A stretch of DNA of 64,000 nt from a virus. The stretch lies in the IMG/VR virus record IMGVR_UViG_3300037307_000721; one strand, written 5' to 3'. The position numbers were made by a program, and so were the translations under genes. Shown piece after piece: positions 45,887 through 52,882 of the stretch. The notes below the pieces were generated by a model that was not told the DNA's origin, ran no database searches, and saw only the letters and a program-made list of their open reading frames with translations. Position 1 is the first letter of the stretch. Each line of letters begins with the position of its first letter.

Positions 45887-46840
45887 TCAGTCGTCCTCCC
45901 ACTCGTTTGGCTCGTCGCCTTCGACGTGCCGCCAGACCACCAGCCGGCCCTCGCGGATGGCCTGTCGGATGACGCCCGGGAGCGTCTCCAGGTTGAACTC
46001 GGTGTCGTACTTCCTGCCTGTCCGGTGGTCGGTCAGGCAGACACCCGCGTCGATGATGTTGAGCGTGCGCCGGTCGCAGGTGCACTCGAGCCGCCTGTTC
46101 TCGAACCGGTACTGCACGATCATCTCGCCGTGGTTGAAGGCCGGCCGCACCGCGATGAGCTCGGCGCCGCCAGCCCGAAGCGCGGCTGCCGCGGCCGCGC
46201 TGAAGTCCGTCTGGGCCAGCAGTCGGCGCCCATGCCCCGTGCCGATGAGCCGCAGGGCCTGCTCGCGAAGCGCCTCTTCCTGGCGCCGGCGCTCGGTCTC
46301 CGCGCGCCGACGCTCGACCTCGAGACGCTGTCGGCTCATGAAGCGAAAGGCCAGGTCCAGGGCTGGCGTCACGTCCTTGACGCGGGCGACAGAGTCCTGG
46401 CGGTCCACGAAGGCCCTCCGCACGGCCACCTCCGCCCCACCTTCGAAGAGCGGCATGGCGAAGATGGCTCGGTGTTCCTCGTCGAATGCGACCAGCACCG
46501 GGATGAAGAGGTCCAGACCGCGATCGACGAGGAACACCGGCACGGTCTGGTCCACGAGCTTGTCCGGGTCGGGGTCGACACGGGCCTTCTCGGGGATGAA
46601 GCGGTCGCCGGCGAGGTAGCCTCTCGCCGTGACCTTGTTGTCCTGGAAGTCCGCCGGCCGGTCCGCCTCGCCCTTGAGCGTGGCGACTCGGCCTGCGAGC
46701 TCGAAGAGGTACCATCCGAACTCGCGCGGGAGGGGGTTGGTTGCTCTCCAGGTACGACCGTCGCGGTGGACCTTCCGTCCGCCGAGCCACGGCAGCACCT
46801 GGCTTTCCGTGGTCGGCTGAAGAAGGTCTTGCCAGGTCAT
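45887..46840 (-). CDS. conserved hypothetical protein, candidate E2-like Cys carrier
   Basis: 317 aa; central coiled coil; C-terminal IIDAGVCL...DT.F.LE.LP motif; operon context only. Confidence 0.5.
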   Translation of the reverse strand: MTWQDLLQPTTESQVLPWLGGRKVHRDGRTWRATNPLPREFGWYLFELAGRVATLKGEADRPADFQDNKVTARGYLAGDRFIPEKARVDPDPDKLVDQTVPVFLVDRGLDLFIPVLVAFDEEHRAIFAMPLFEGGAEVAVRRAFVDRQDSVARVKDVTPALDLAFRFMSRQRLEVERRRAETERRRQEEALREQALRLIGTGHGRRLLAQTDFSAAAAAALRAGGAELIAVRPAFNHGEMIVQYRFENRRLECTCDRRTLNIIDAGVCLTDHRTGRKYDTEFNLETLPGVIRQAIREGRLVVWRHVEGDEPNEWEDD

Positions 46841-46853
46841 GCGCTGGTCTCCT

Positions 46854-48767
46854 CTATGCCCAGGCGGGCTTCTGAAGAAGAGGCGTCTTCAAGATCTGCT
46901 CGATGAGCGAGACCCGCGTCGGCACCGGAGCTGCCGGGCCGGTGACCTTGCGAACCGGCGTGGCAGTGATCAGGTTCCTCAGCGTGCGACTCACCGCGTA
47001 CGGATCGTTGAAGATCTCCTCGTCGATCGGGAAGCAGGGCACGTTGAGACGCCCCGCCGCCTGGTGGATGAGCGAGTCGGGTCTGCCCGGCGCGCCCATC
47101 GAGTCGATGTGAAGCAGGCCGAAAGCAACCGGCTCGACGCCGGACTGCTGGATGGCCCGCACCAGGTAGTCGATCCCCGGGCCGAGGCCCGAAGAGTCCT
47201 GCTCGTCGCCGACGAAGAAGAGGAGCGCGTCCTCGGTCGCCGCCGGCTTGTGCCGCTCGAGCAAGCAGCGGGCTCCCGCCGCGTAGCTCGTCCCGCCGCC
47301 CGCGTTGTGACCCCTGAAGGCCTGGGCCACACCCACCGCCGAGGGGACCTTGATCTCGACTTCGCGCCCCTCGGTGTTGAAGACGCACACGTGCAACCGG
47401 TCGAGCGGGAAGGCCGAGACGAGCCGAGCGAGACACTCCTTCGCCCGCTCGATGGCCCCTTGCATGGACCCGCTCTTGTCGACGATGACGTAGATCCGGA
47501 AGTCCTTCGCGACCTCCGCCACCGCCTTCTGCGCGGCCTGGTCGGCCGCCTGCTCGAGCTGCTCCTTGACCGCGACGTCCTTGACGTTGCGGGCGATGTT
47601 CGCCGCCCGCTGGTTCTCGGCCTTCTCCGTCGCCGCCTTCCACCGCTTGGCGATCTGCTCCACCTGGAGAAGCCCGAGCTCCTCGAGCGTCGGGGTCAGG
47701 ATGATGAGGTCAGCGTCGCTGAGCCCACCGCCCTCGATCGCCGCCGCCATGATGGCCGGCGTCAGCCCGGGGTCCGTCGGGAGCATGCCCACGATGCGCT
47801 TCCACGACAGCCTGCCCACCACGATGCGCTCGCAGATCTGCTTCTCGCTCAGGCCCTTCCAGCTCTCGGCCGCGGCGACTTCCTTGCCGATGGCCAGCCC
47901 TCGCCGCCCGTCCTTGGCCTGCACCTGCTTCCAGCGCAGGAGCTCAAAGAAGCGCTCGGCCTGCGGCTTGTAGCCCACCTTGCGAGCGAGCTGCATGACC
48001 GCCTGGCGAAAGCCCTCCTTGAGCACCTTCTCGAGCAGCTTGATGTTCGCCTCGTGATGCGCGAGCCACTTCTCCACGGCCTTGTAGTACCGGCCGGTCG
48101 GAGCGGTCCGCGCCGACTGCCCGAAGCCAAGCTTCCGGTTGATCTCGACGACCGCCGGGAGCTCGAGCACCTCGCCAACCCGGAGCAGGAGCTTCGGGTT
48201 GAACGTCCCGCCCTTCTTCCTGGACCGGATGAGGCACATGGCCTCGCCCACCGCGCGGTAGTCGTCGTCGAGCAAGGTGGCGTCGCCATCCTTGATCGGT
48301 TCCCCGTAGCGGTTCTGCACCAGGAGGAACGCGGCGAGCAGCACCTTGAGGTCCCGGTTCTCCTCGTGCTCGAAGGCGTAGGACGCCCACTTCGCGGCGA
48401 ACTCGTTGTCGATCCGCCAGACGTCGGCGATCTGCGAGTAGAGATGCGCCACGACCTCGGGGAAGAGGCCCGGCGCACGGAACTCCGCGACCACCCGACC
48501 GGCCTCGATGACCCGAGCGGAGCCCGGCTCGCCGATTCCGATGCGGGTCTTGTGCTGCTTCTTGCCGACCTTCTTGACGGTGTAGACGACCTTCTGCTCG
48601 CCCTCCTTGACCCAGGTCGCCTGCTCCCAGCGCTTGCCCCAGGGCTGACGCTGGTCGTCGAAGACGACGCCGGGCCGGTTGTGGACGGCGTGGTCGGTGA
48701 AACGGGTGATGGTCTGGATGATTCGCTCGGCGGGGCCGAGCGCCTCGAGGCGCTCTTGCGCGTTCAT
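46854..48767 (-). CDS. TROVE/Ro60-like helical protein with C-terminal vWA domain
   Basis: Long helical N-terminal region; IVDKSGSM MIDAS, GGTS, FVGDE; preceded by tRNA-like RNAs. Confidence 0.75.
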   Translation of the reverse strand: MNAQERLEALGPAERIIQTITRFTDHAVHNRPGVVFDDQRQPWGKRWEQATWVKEGEQKVVYTVKKVGKKQHKTRIGIGEPGSARVIEAGRVVAEFRAPGLFPEVVAHLYSQIADVWRIDNEFAAKWASYAFEHEENRDLKVLLAAFLLVQNRYGEPIKDGDATLLDDDYRAVGEAMCLIRSRKKGGTFNPKLLLRVGEVLELPAVVEINRKLGFGQSARTAPTGRYYKAVEKWLAHHEANIKLLEKVLKEGFRQAVMQLARKVGYKPQAERFFELLRWKQVQAKDGRRGLAIGKEVAAAESWKGLSEKQICERIVVGRLSWKRIVGMLPTDPGLTPAIMAAAIEGGGLSDADLIILTPTLEELGLLQVEQIAKRWKAATEKAENQRAANIARNVKDVAVKEQLEQAADQAAQKAVAEVAKDFRIYVIVDKSGSMQGAIERAKECLARLVSAFPLDRLHVCVFNTEGREVEIKVPSAVGVAQAFRGHNAGGGTSYAAGARCLLERHKPAATEDALLFFVGDEQDSSGLGPGIDYLVRAIQQSGVEPVAFGLLHIDSMGAPGRPDSLIHQAAGRLNVPCFPIDEEIFNDPYAVSRTLRNLITATPVRKVTGPAAPVPTRVSLIEQILKTPLLQKPAWA

Positions 48768-48862
48768 TGGACGGCCTCCTGTTAGTGAGAGCCGGCGGAC
48801 CGACCCTCGAGTTCAGGCAGATGCCTATGTAGTGGAGAAGATCAGAGCGCGCGAGTTGCTGA

Positions 48863-48960
48863 AGCGGACTTGGGTTTGTGTAGCAGGACTTGAACCTGCG
48901 ACCTCATGGGTATCAACCATGCGCTCAACCAACTGAGCTGTACACTTGTGTGCTTCCGCT
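48863..48960 (-). ncRNA. degenerate tRNA-Ile(GAT) core inside an outer stem
   Basis: D, anticodon and T arms intact; acceptor only 5 bp (GTGTA/TACAC); outer AGCGGA/TCCGCT helix. Confidence 0.55.
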
Positions 48961-48981
48961 GTTGCACGCTCGACTTCTCGG

Positions 48982-49098
48982 TGGAGGAGCAGGGAGTCGA
49001 ACCCTGGCTAACGTGTAGGCTTGGACTTGGGGAGGCCGGTCACCCGACCCCGAGTCGCCAAGCTGTGACTCGTATCCGCAACCCGTGCGGACTCCTCC
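48982..49098 (-). ncRNA. tRNA/Y-RNA-like chimera 4
   Basis: GGAGGAG/CTCCTCC acceptor; T arm CAGGG-TTCGACT-CCCTG; insert ends CCAAGC-CTACACGT. Confidence 0.65.
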
Positions 49099-49103
49099 AG
49101 TAG

Positions 49104-49248
49104 CGGGGCGCCCAGGATTCGAACCTGGATGACTTGTAGGCTGAAGCTGTTGGGCCTGAGCAGCAAGCTGCCCGCGCTCGAGACCTCCAGCGGGAGTGTG
49201 TTGTGCTGGTCCCAAAAACCAGTGCCTTTTCCGTTAGGCTAGCGCCCC
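49104..49248 (-). ncRNA. tRNA/Y-RNA-like chimera 3 (Gln-TTG core, about 77-nt variable-loop insert)
   Basis: Full cloverleaf plus insert GCTGGAG...CTTCAGC-CTACAAGTCAT. Confidence 0.75.
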
Positions 49249-49288
49249 GATGACGCTTCGTTCTCACTCCTCTTACCAACAACTGCAG

Positions 49289-49419
49289 AGCCGGGGGACG
49301 GAGTCGAACCGTCTGACTTGTAGGCTTGAGCTCGATGGGTCCGACTGCTCGGACCCGAGACGCTCAGGCTGGGATGGACTGGTTGGAAGCCAGTTGCCCT
49401 GCCGTTGGGCGTCCCCGGC
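49289..49419 (-). ncRNA. tRNA/Y-RNA-like chimera 2 (Gly-TCC core, about 65-nt insert)
   Basis: Cloverleaf, U73; insert GCCTGAGC...GCTCAAGC-CTACAAGTCA. Confidence 0.75.
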
Positions 49420-49424
49420 GATAT

Positions 49425-49586
49425 TCAATTTTTGCCCCGAGGGGCTTCTTGCTTTCCTTCCCTGGCCCGCTGAGCCGCCTTCCTGATTCGTTCGGCGTAC
49501 TCGCGAGCCCACTCCCCGAGCGTTTGTGTGCGGCCCGTCTTCGGGTCCGTCAGCAGCTTGTTCTCGGGCAGCTCGTCATCTTCCAT
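49425..49586 (-). CDS. 53-aa hypothetical protein
   Basis: MEDDELPENKLLTDPKTGRTQTLGEWAREY... Confidence 0.4.
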   Translation of the reverse strand: MEDDELPENKLLTDPKTGRTQTLGEWAREYAERIRKAAQRAREGKQEAPRGKN

Positions 49587-49590
49587 CTTC

Positions 49591-49730
49591 GGTGCCGGCG
49601 CGAGGATTCGAACCTCGATTCACTTGTAGGCTTGAGCTGTGAAGCTCTTGCGAGCTCGAGTACCCCAAGCGGGTTGTGGTTGTTCTTGGTTTAGGAGTCC
49701 AAGTGCCTTTTCCAATTCGGCCACGCCGGC
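49591..49730 (-). ncRNA. tRNA/Y-RNA-like chimera 1 (9-nt anticodon loop, about 70-nt insert)
   Basis: GCCGGCG/CGCCGGC acceptor; insert GCTTGGG...CTCAAGC-CTACAAGTG. Confidence 0.75.
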
Positions 49731-49752
49731 AGATTCCTTCTATCGAGCCCTC

Positions 49753-49781
49753 AAGCTAGCAGCTCGCTTTCAGCCTGTCAA
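49753..49781 (-). promoter_or_regulatory. sigma70-like promoter of the chimeric-RNA/TROVE/Ubl operon
   Basis: TTGACA-17-TAGCTT about 20 nt upstream of chimera 1. Confidence 0.7.
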
Positions 49782-49823
49782 CATATTTTTCGCACAATCT
49801 AGTCGAGTGAAATTAGACCGTCG

Positions 49824-49896
49824 AGCTGGCGGCGGGAATCGAACCCGCAGCCTGCTGCTTACAAGGCAGCTGCTCTGCCGATTGAGCTACGCCAGC
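49824..49896 (-). tRNA. tRNA-Thr(TGT)
   Basis: Cloverleaf. Confidence 0.93.
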
Positions 49897-50096
49897 TTCT
49901 TGTTGAGCTCGAGGACAAGACCTGTCGCATCGAGGCCGTGCTCGCTCGCGCGGAAGTACCAGTCGATGAAACTGCGCTTCGCCTCAACGACCGGCTCCTC
50001 GTACTCCCGATCAGGGCCCGGCTCGAACGCCGCCTTGGCCTTGACCAGCTTCGCGTGCGCACTGCGCAACCCCTTCAGAATTTCTCCCTGTTTCAC
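49887..50096 (-). CDS. small hypothetical protein
   Basis: GTG start with AAGGAGG RBS. Confidence 0.55.
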   Translation of the reverse strand: MKQGEILKGLRSAHAKLVKAKAAFEPGPDREYEEPVVEAKRSFIDWYFRASEHGLDATGLVLELNKKLA

Positions 50097-50111
50097 TGGT
50101 GCCTCCTTGTC

Positions 50112-50185
50112 GGAGCCCCCGCCCGGAATCGAACCGGGTCCTCTGGGATACGAAGCCAGCGCGGCACCATGTCCGCCTCGGGGGC
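50112..50185 (-). tRNA. tRNA-Thr(CGT)
   Basis: Cloverleaf. Confidence 0.85.
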
Positions 50186-50229
50186 AGAAATTCTGGCGGG
50201 GGGCCACCGCCTCAGCTATGATCGCCTCC

Positions 50230-50613
50230 ATGCCGTCGGACGAACACGAGCCTATCGACCCCAACGAGAGCGACGTTCAGCGCATCCTCCGCGTCGTGCA
50301 GCGCCTCGATCGAAAACAGACCATCCTGAACGCCGACTTCAACGGCCTCTATCAAACCGTCCTGCAGCTCCAGCGCGATGTCAACTTCTTCACTCGTCGC
50401 TGCGAAGAGCGCGGCAATCTGATCCGTGAGTTCGTTGCGCAGGTTCAGGAGAACGGCTCCGTCGAGAAGGACGCCGCTCTCGAGTTCCTGCATCAGCTCG
50501 AGTGCGCCGGCACGCCGACGAGGCCGCCCTCCGGGACGCATCCCTCGGTGAAGTCCGTGCACGAGGAGTTCGACGTCGACGAGCCGACCGATCCGAACAA
50601 GCGGTTGCCGTGA
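50230..50613 (+). CDS. coiled-coil hypothetical protein, antisense to the array
   Basis: 127 aa, heptad pattern, fills the gap between tRNAs. Confidence 0.6.
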   Translation: MPSDEHEPIDPNESDVQRILRVVQRLDRKQTILNADFNGLYQTVLQLQRDVNFFTRRCEERGNLIREFVAQVQENGSVEKDAALEFLHQLECAGTPTRPPSGTHPSVKSVHEEFDVDEPTDPNKRLP

Positions 50614-50681
50614 AAGGGATTCGAACCCTCACTGGCTGGACTCTCAGTCCAGTGCCTCTACCGAAGTTGGGCTATCACGGC
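50606..50681 (-). tRNA. tRNA-Leu(GAG), short variable loop
   Basis: Cloverleaf. Confidence 0.82.
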
Positions 50682-50682
50682 G

Positions 50683-50760
50683 TGGTGCCACGGGCGGGAT
50701 TCGAACCCGCACTGTCTGGTTCCTGAAACCAGCGCCTCCTTCCAGTTGCGCTACCGTGGC
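50683..50760 (-). tRNA. tRNA-Leu(CAG), short variable loop
   Basis: Cloverleaf; CCA. Confidence 0.82.
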
Positions 50761-50764
50761 GTAG

Positions 50765-50837
50765 TCGGGGTGGACAGAATCGAACTGTCTCCCTCTCGGT
50801 CCCGAACCGAGCGTGCACCCGTATGCACCTCACCCCG
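50765..50837 (-). tRNA. tRNA-Pro(CGG)
   Basis: Cloverleaf. Confidence 0.88.
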
Positions 50838-50841
50838 GAAG

Positions 50842-50914
50842 AGCGAGTGGCGGGACTCGAACCCGCTACATCCAGCTTGGAAGGCTGGCGCTCTGCCTGT
50901 TAAGCTTCACTCGC
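50842..50914 (-). tRNA. tRNA-Gly(TCC)
   Basis: Cloverleaf. Confidence 0.9.
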
Positions 50915-51224
50915 AGAAGGTGATGTTGCCGTCGGTGACGAAGCCGTGCCAGCAACCATGATTCAGAATCGACGGGCTGATCGTCAGGTCTTCGAAGCTC
51001 GTGCCCTTGACCGCCCAACGAGGCGGTGGGTTCCACGAGGCGGGAGCGCCCTTGCCTTCGAACCAGATGAGGATCGAGTGCGTTCCGACCGGCCCGCCGT
51101 TCGATCGAAAGCAGTGCGGACAGAGGAACATGATGCCCTGCGCTTCGGCGAGCGTCTCGACGCTCGTCATCTTTCGATCGTCGAGGGTCTTCATGAAGGA
51201 TGGCTCGAGGTCGGTCAGGCGCAT
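50907..51224 (-). CDS. DUF6527-like protein
   Basis: FLCPHC...W...G...LTISPSI...CWHGFVTDG.I. Confidence 0.65.
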   Translation of the reverse strand: MRLTDLEPSFMKTLDDRKMTSVETLAEAQGIMFLCPHCFRSNGGPVGTHSILIWFEGKGAPASWNPPPRWAVKGTSFEDLTISPSILNHGCWHGFVTDGNITFCE

Positions 51225-51238
51225 CGCGAACCTCCTGT

Positions 51239-51280
51239 TGGAGTGCCCAGCGGGAGTCGAACCCGCTACTCAACCTTGGC
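51239..51280 (-). pseudogene. orphan 3' half of tRNA-Gly(GCC)
   Basis: GCCAA-GGTTG-AGTA-GCGGG-TTCGACT-CCCGC-TGGGCAC-T-CCA. Confidence 0.65.
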
Positions 51281-51294
51281 GCCTGCACAGCCGA

Positions 51295-51573
51295 TCATTT
51301 CTGCGATAGGAGTCGCCTCGCCAGGCGAGACTTCAACTCCCATCTCTTGCAGAACCGCCGAGCCCCAACCTTGTCCACGAGTCGACTTTTGCGACTCGTC
51401 GTGTAGTACTCGTGGACAACTCCAGCGGTCACACCATGATACTCCATGATCCAGGAGATACGGTACACCTCTCCTGGGACGATCTCCTCCACCTTGTGCC
51501 CACCACCAGCTCTCCAGCATTGATGACTGACACTACCTTGGTATGGGATGTCGTCAGGCCACACATCACTCAT
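51295..51573 (-). CDS. hypothetical protein
   Basis: 92 aa between tRNA-Gly and the orphan Gly half. Confidence 0.45.
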   Translation of the reverse strand: MSDVWPDDIPYQGSVSHQCWRAGGGHKVEEIVPGEVYRISWIMEYHGVTAGVVHEYYTTSRKSRLVDKVGARRFCKRWELKSRLARRLLSQK

Positions 51574-51587
51574 GTCCGAACTCCTAG

Positions 51588-51660
51588 AGCGAACGACCGG
51601 GTACGATCCGGCGACCTCCGCCTTGGCAAGGCGGCGCTCTGCCAACTGAGCTACGTTCGC
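51588..51660 (-). tRNA. tRNA-Gly(GCC)
   Basis: Cloverleaf; atypical T loop ATCGTAC. Confidence 0.85.
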
Positions 51661-52259
51661 AGTTTGTCCCACCTCTCCGCTACATCTGGCGTGACCGTGA
51701 TAGTCCTCTTGTGCTTTTCGACCTCTTTCCATGACCACACGTAAGCAACATCCGCCACCAGATCATAGCCCACGATGAAATCGAACTCGCCCTCCTGATA
51801 GCGTCTCCGTGTGTTGTGCCCCTCGACACAGATCAAACTCACATTGGGTAGACCACTGTTCTGAGGTCTCGCCCACTTCACTTGCACCTTCACGATGCGC
51901 TTTCCTACGTCCACCATCCAATCAGTCTTCTCTCCATCGAAAGCCGCACCGAAAGGGATGAACCCGTGCAGTGCCAGCCGGAATAGAACAGCGGCTTCTG
52001 CCACCCTCGCTTTCTGGCTGCGCGTCATGCTCTGCCCCCGTACCACCAAATAAAACTTTGAGGGCGCAAGACGGGGCTTCCTCGTCTGCTTCAAATACGC
52101 CAGGCGGTCATCCTTCTCGTCATCTGTGAGTGGATGATCACGTAGCCACAGGGAGAGAGAACCGCGAGAGGCGCCCGTCTTCCTCTCGATCTCTTTATAC
52201 GACAGGCGCTCCTCTACTCTGAGTCGAACGCACTCAGCCCGCAGATCCGGCTTGGCCAT
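51651..52259 (-). mobile_element. HTH + PD-(D/E)XK homing-type endonuclease
   Basis: AEAAV...G..P....D...D..VD...KVQVK...Y...EFDF; lower GC; promoter TTGAAC-17-TAAATT (52308-52280). Confidence 0.82.
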
Positions 52260-52424
52260 TCTGAACCTCCACAGGGTTCAATTTAGCACAAAGCTGAACC
52301 GGGTTCAAGGTAGCATGTCACCGTGTACACCCTGGGCACAAGAGCGGCGAGCGCGCACTTCAGCAGCCCGGTTCGAAGACGCTCCTTGGGGACCTGAACC
52401 GTTCTCCGTGCTGACCGACTCGCC

Positions 52425-52510
52425 TGGCGGAAGACCGGGGAGTTGAACCCCGCTGGCCTCGCGACCGCACCGCGCTTCCAACGCGGCTGTGCACCTCGCA
52501 CTCGTCTTCC
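52425..52510 (-). tRNA. tRNA-Ser(GGA)
   Basis: Long variable arm, G73, CCA. Confidence 0.85.
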
Positions 52511-52520
52511 AAGATCGAAA

Positions 52521-52655
52521 CCGCGCCCGAGATGTCAGACCTGGATCTTGCTCGATTTTCCGTCGAGTGCCTTCCCGTTAGGCTAGCTCCCCGTAGAGTG
52601 GGGAGCCCAGGGGTCGAACCTGGATGACTTGTCGGGTCTATCTGGTTGGACGCGG
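52521..52655 (-). ncRNA. circularly permuted tRNA-like RNA (YrlA-type topology)
   Basis: Terminal stem CCGCGTCC/GGGCGCGG; order T arm, looped acceptor stem, D arm, anticodon-like arm. Confidence 0.75.
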
Positions 52656-52661
52656 AATCGG

Positions 52662-52745
52662 CGGAGAGCCGGGGAGTCGAACCCCGCTGGCCTTTCGACC
52701 GCACCCGGGTAGCAACCGGGCCGCGCGCCATCGCACACGCTCTCC
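52662..52745 (-). tRNA. tRNA-Ser(GCT)
   Basis: Long variable arm, G73. Confidence 0.85.
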
Positions 52746-52750
52746 AGGGG

Positions 52751-52804
52751 TGGCCTCTCTGCTCGCGCTTGCTCCCTTCCGGGCCTGGACGCAGCTTCGA
52801 GACC
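52751..52804 (-). ncRNA. ffs: minimal SRP (4.5S-like) RNA domain IV
   Basis: CCAGG-CCC-GGAA-GGG-AGCA helix-8 signature inside GGTCTC/GAGGCC hairpin. Confidence 0.72.
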
Positions 52805-52879
52805 GGAGCGACCAGAGGGAGTCGAACCCTCTCCTCAGGCTTGGGAAGCCCGCATGCAGCCGTTCAACACCTTGGTCGC
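52805..52879 (-). tRNA. tRNA-Gly(CCC)
   Basis: Cloverleaf. Confidence 0.85.
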
Positions 52880-52882
52880 AGA

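Noticed and set aside
48982-49730. CRISPR array or group I/II introns for the ACTTGTAGGCT repeats
   Set aside because: The repeats sit inside tRNA-like folds. Inserts of 65-77 nt are too short for self-splicing introns and lie in the variable loop.
52261-52310. LexA (Cheo) boxes in the TGAAC/GTTCA palindromes
   Set aside because: Spacing is not GAAC-N4-GTTC; more likely an autoregulatory operator of the HTH-endonuclease, left unassigned.
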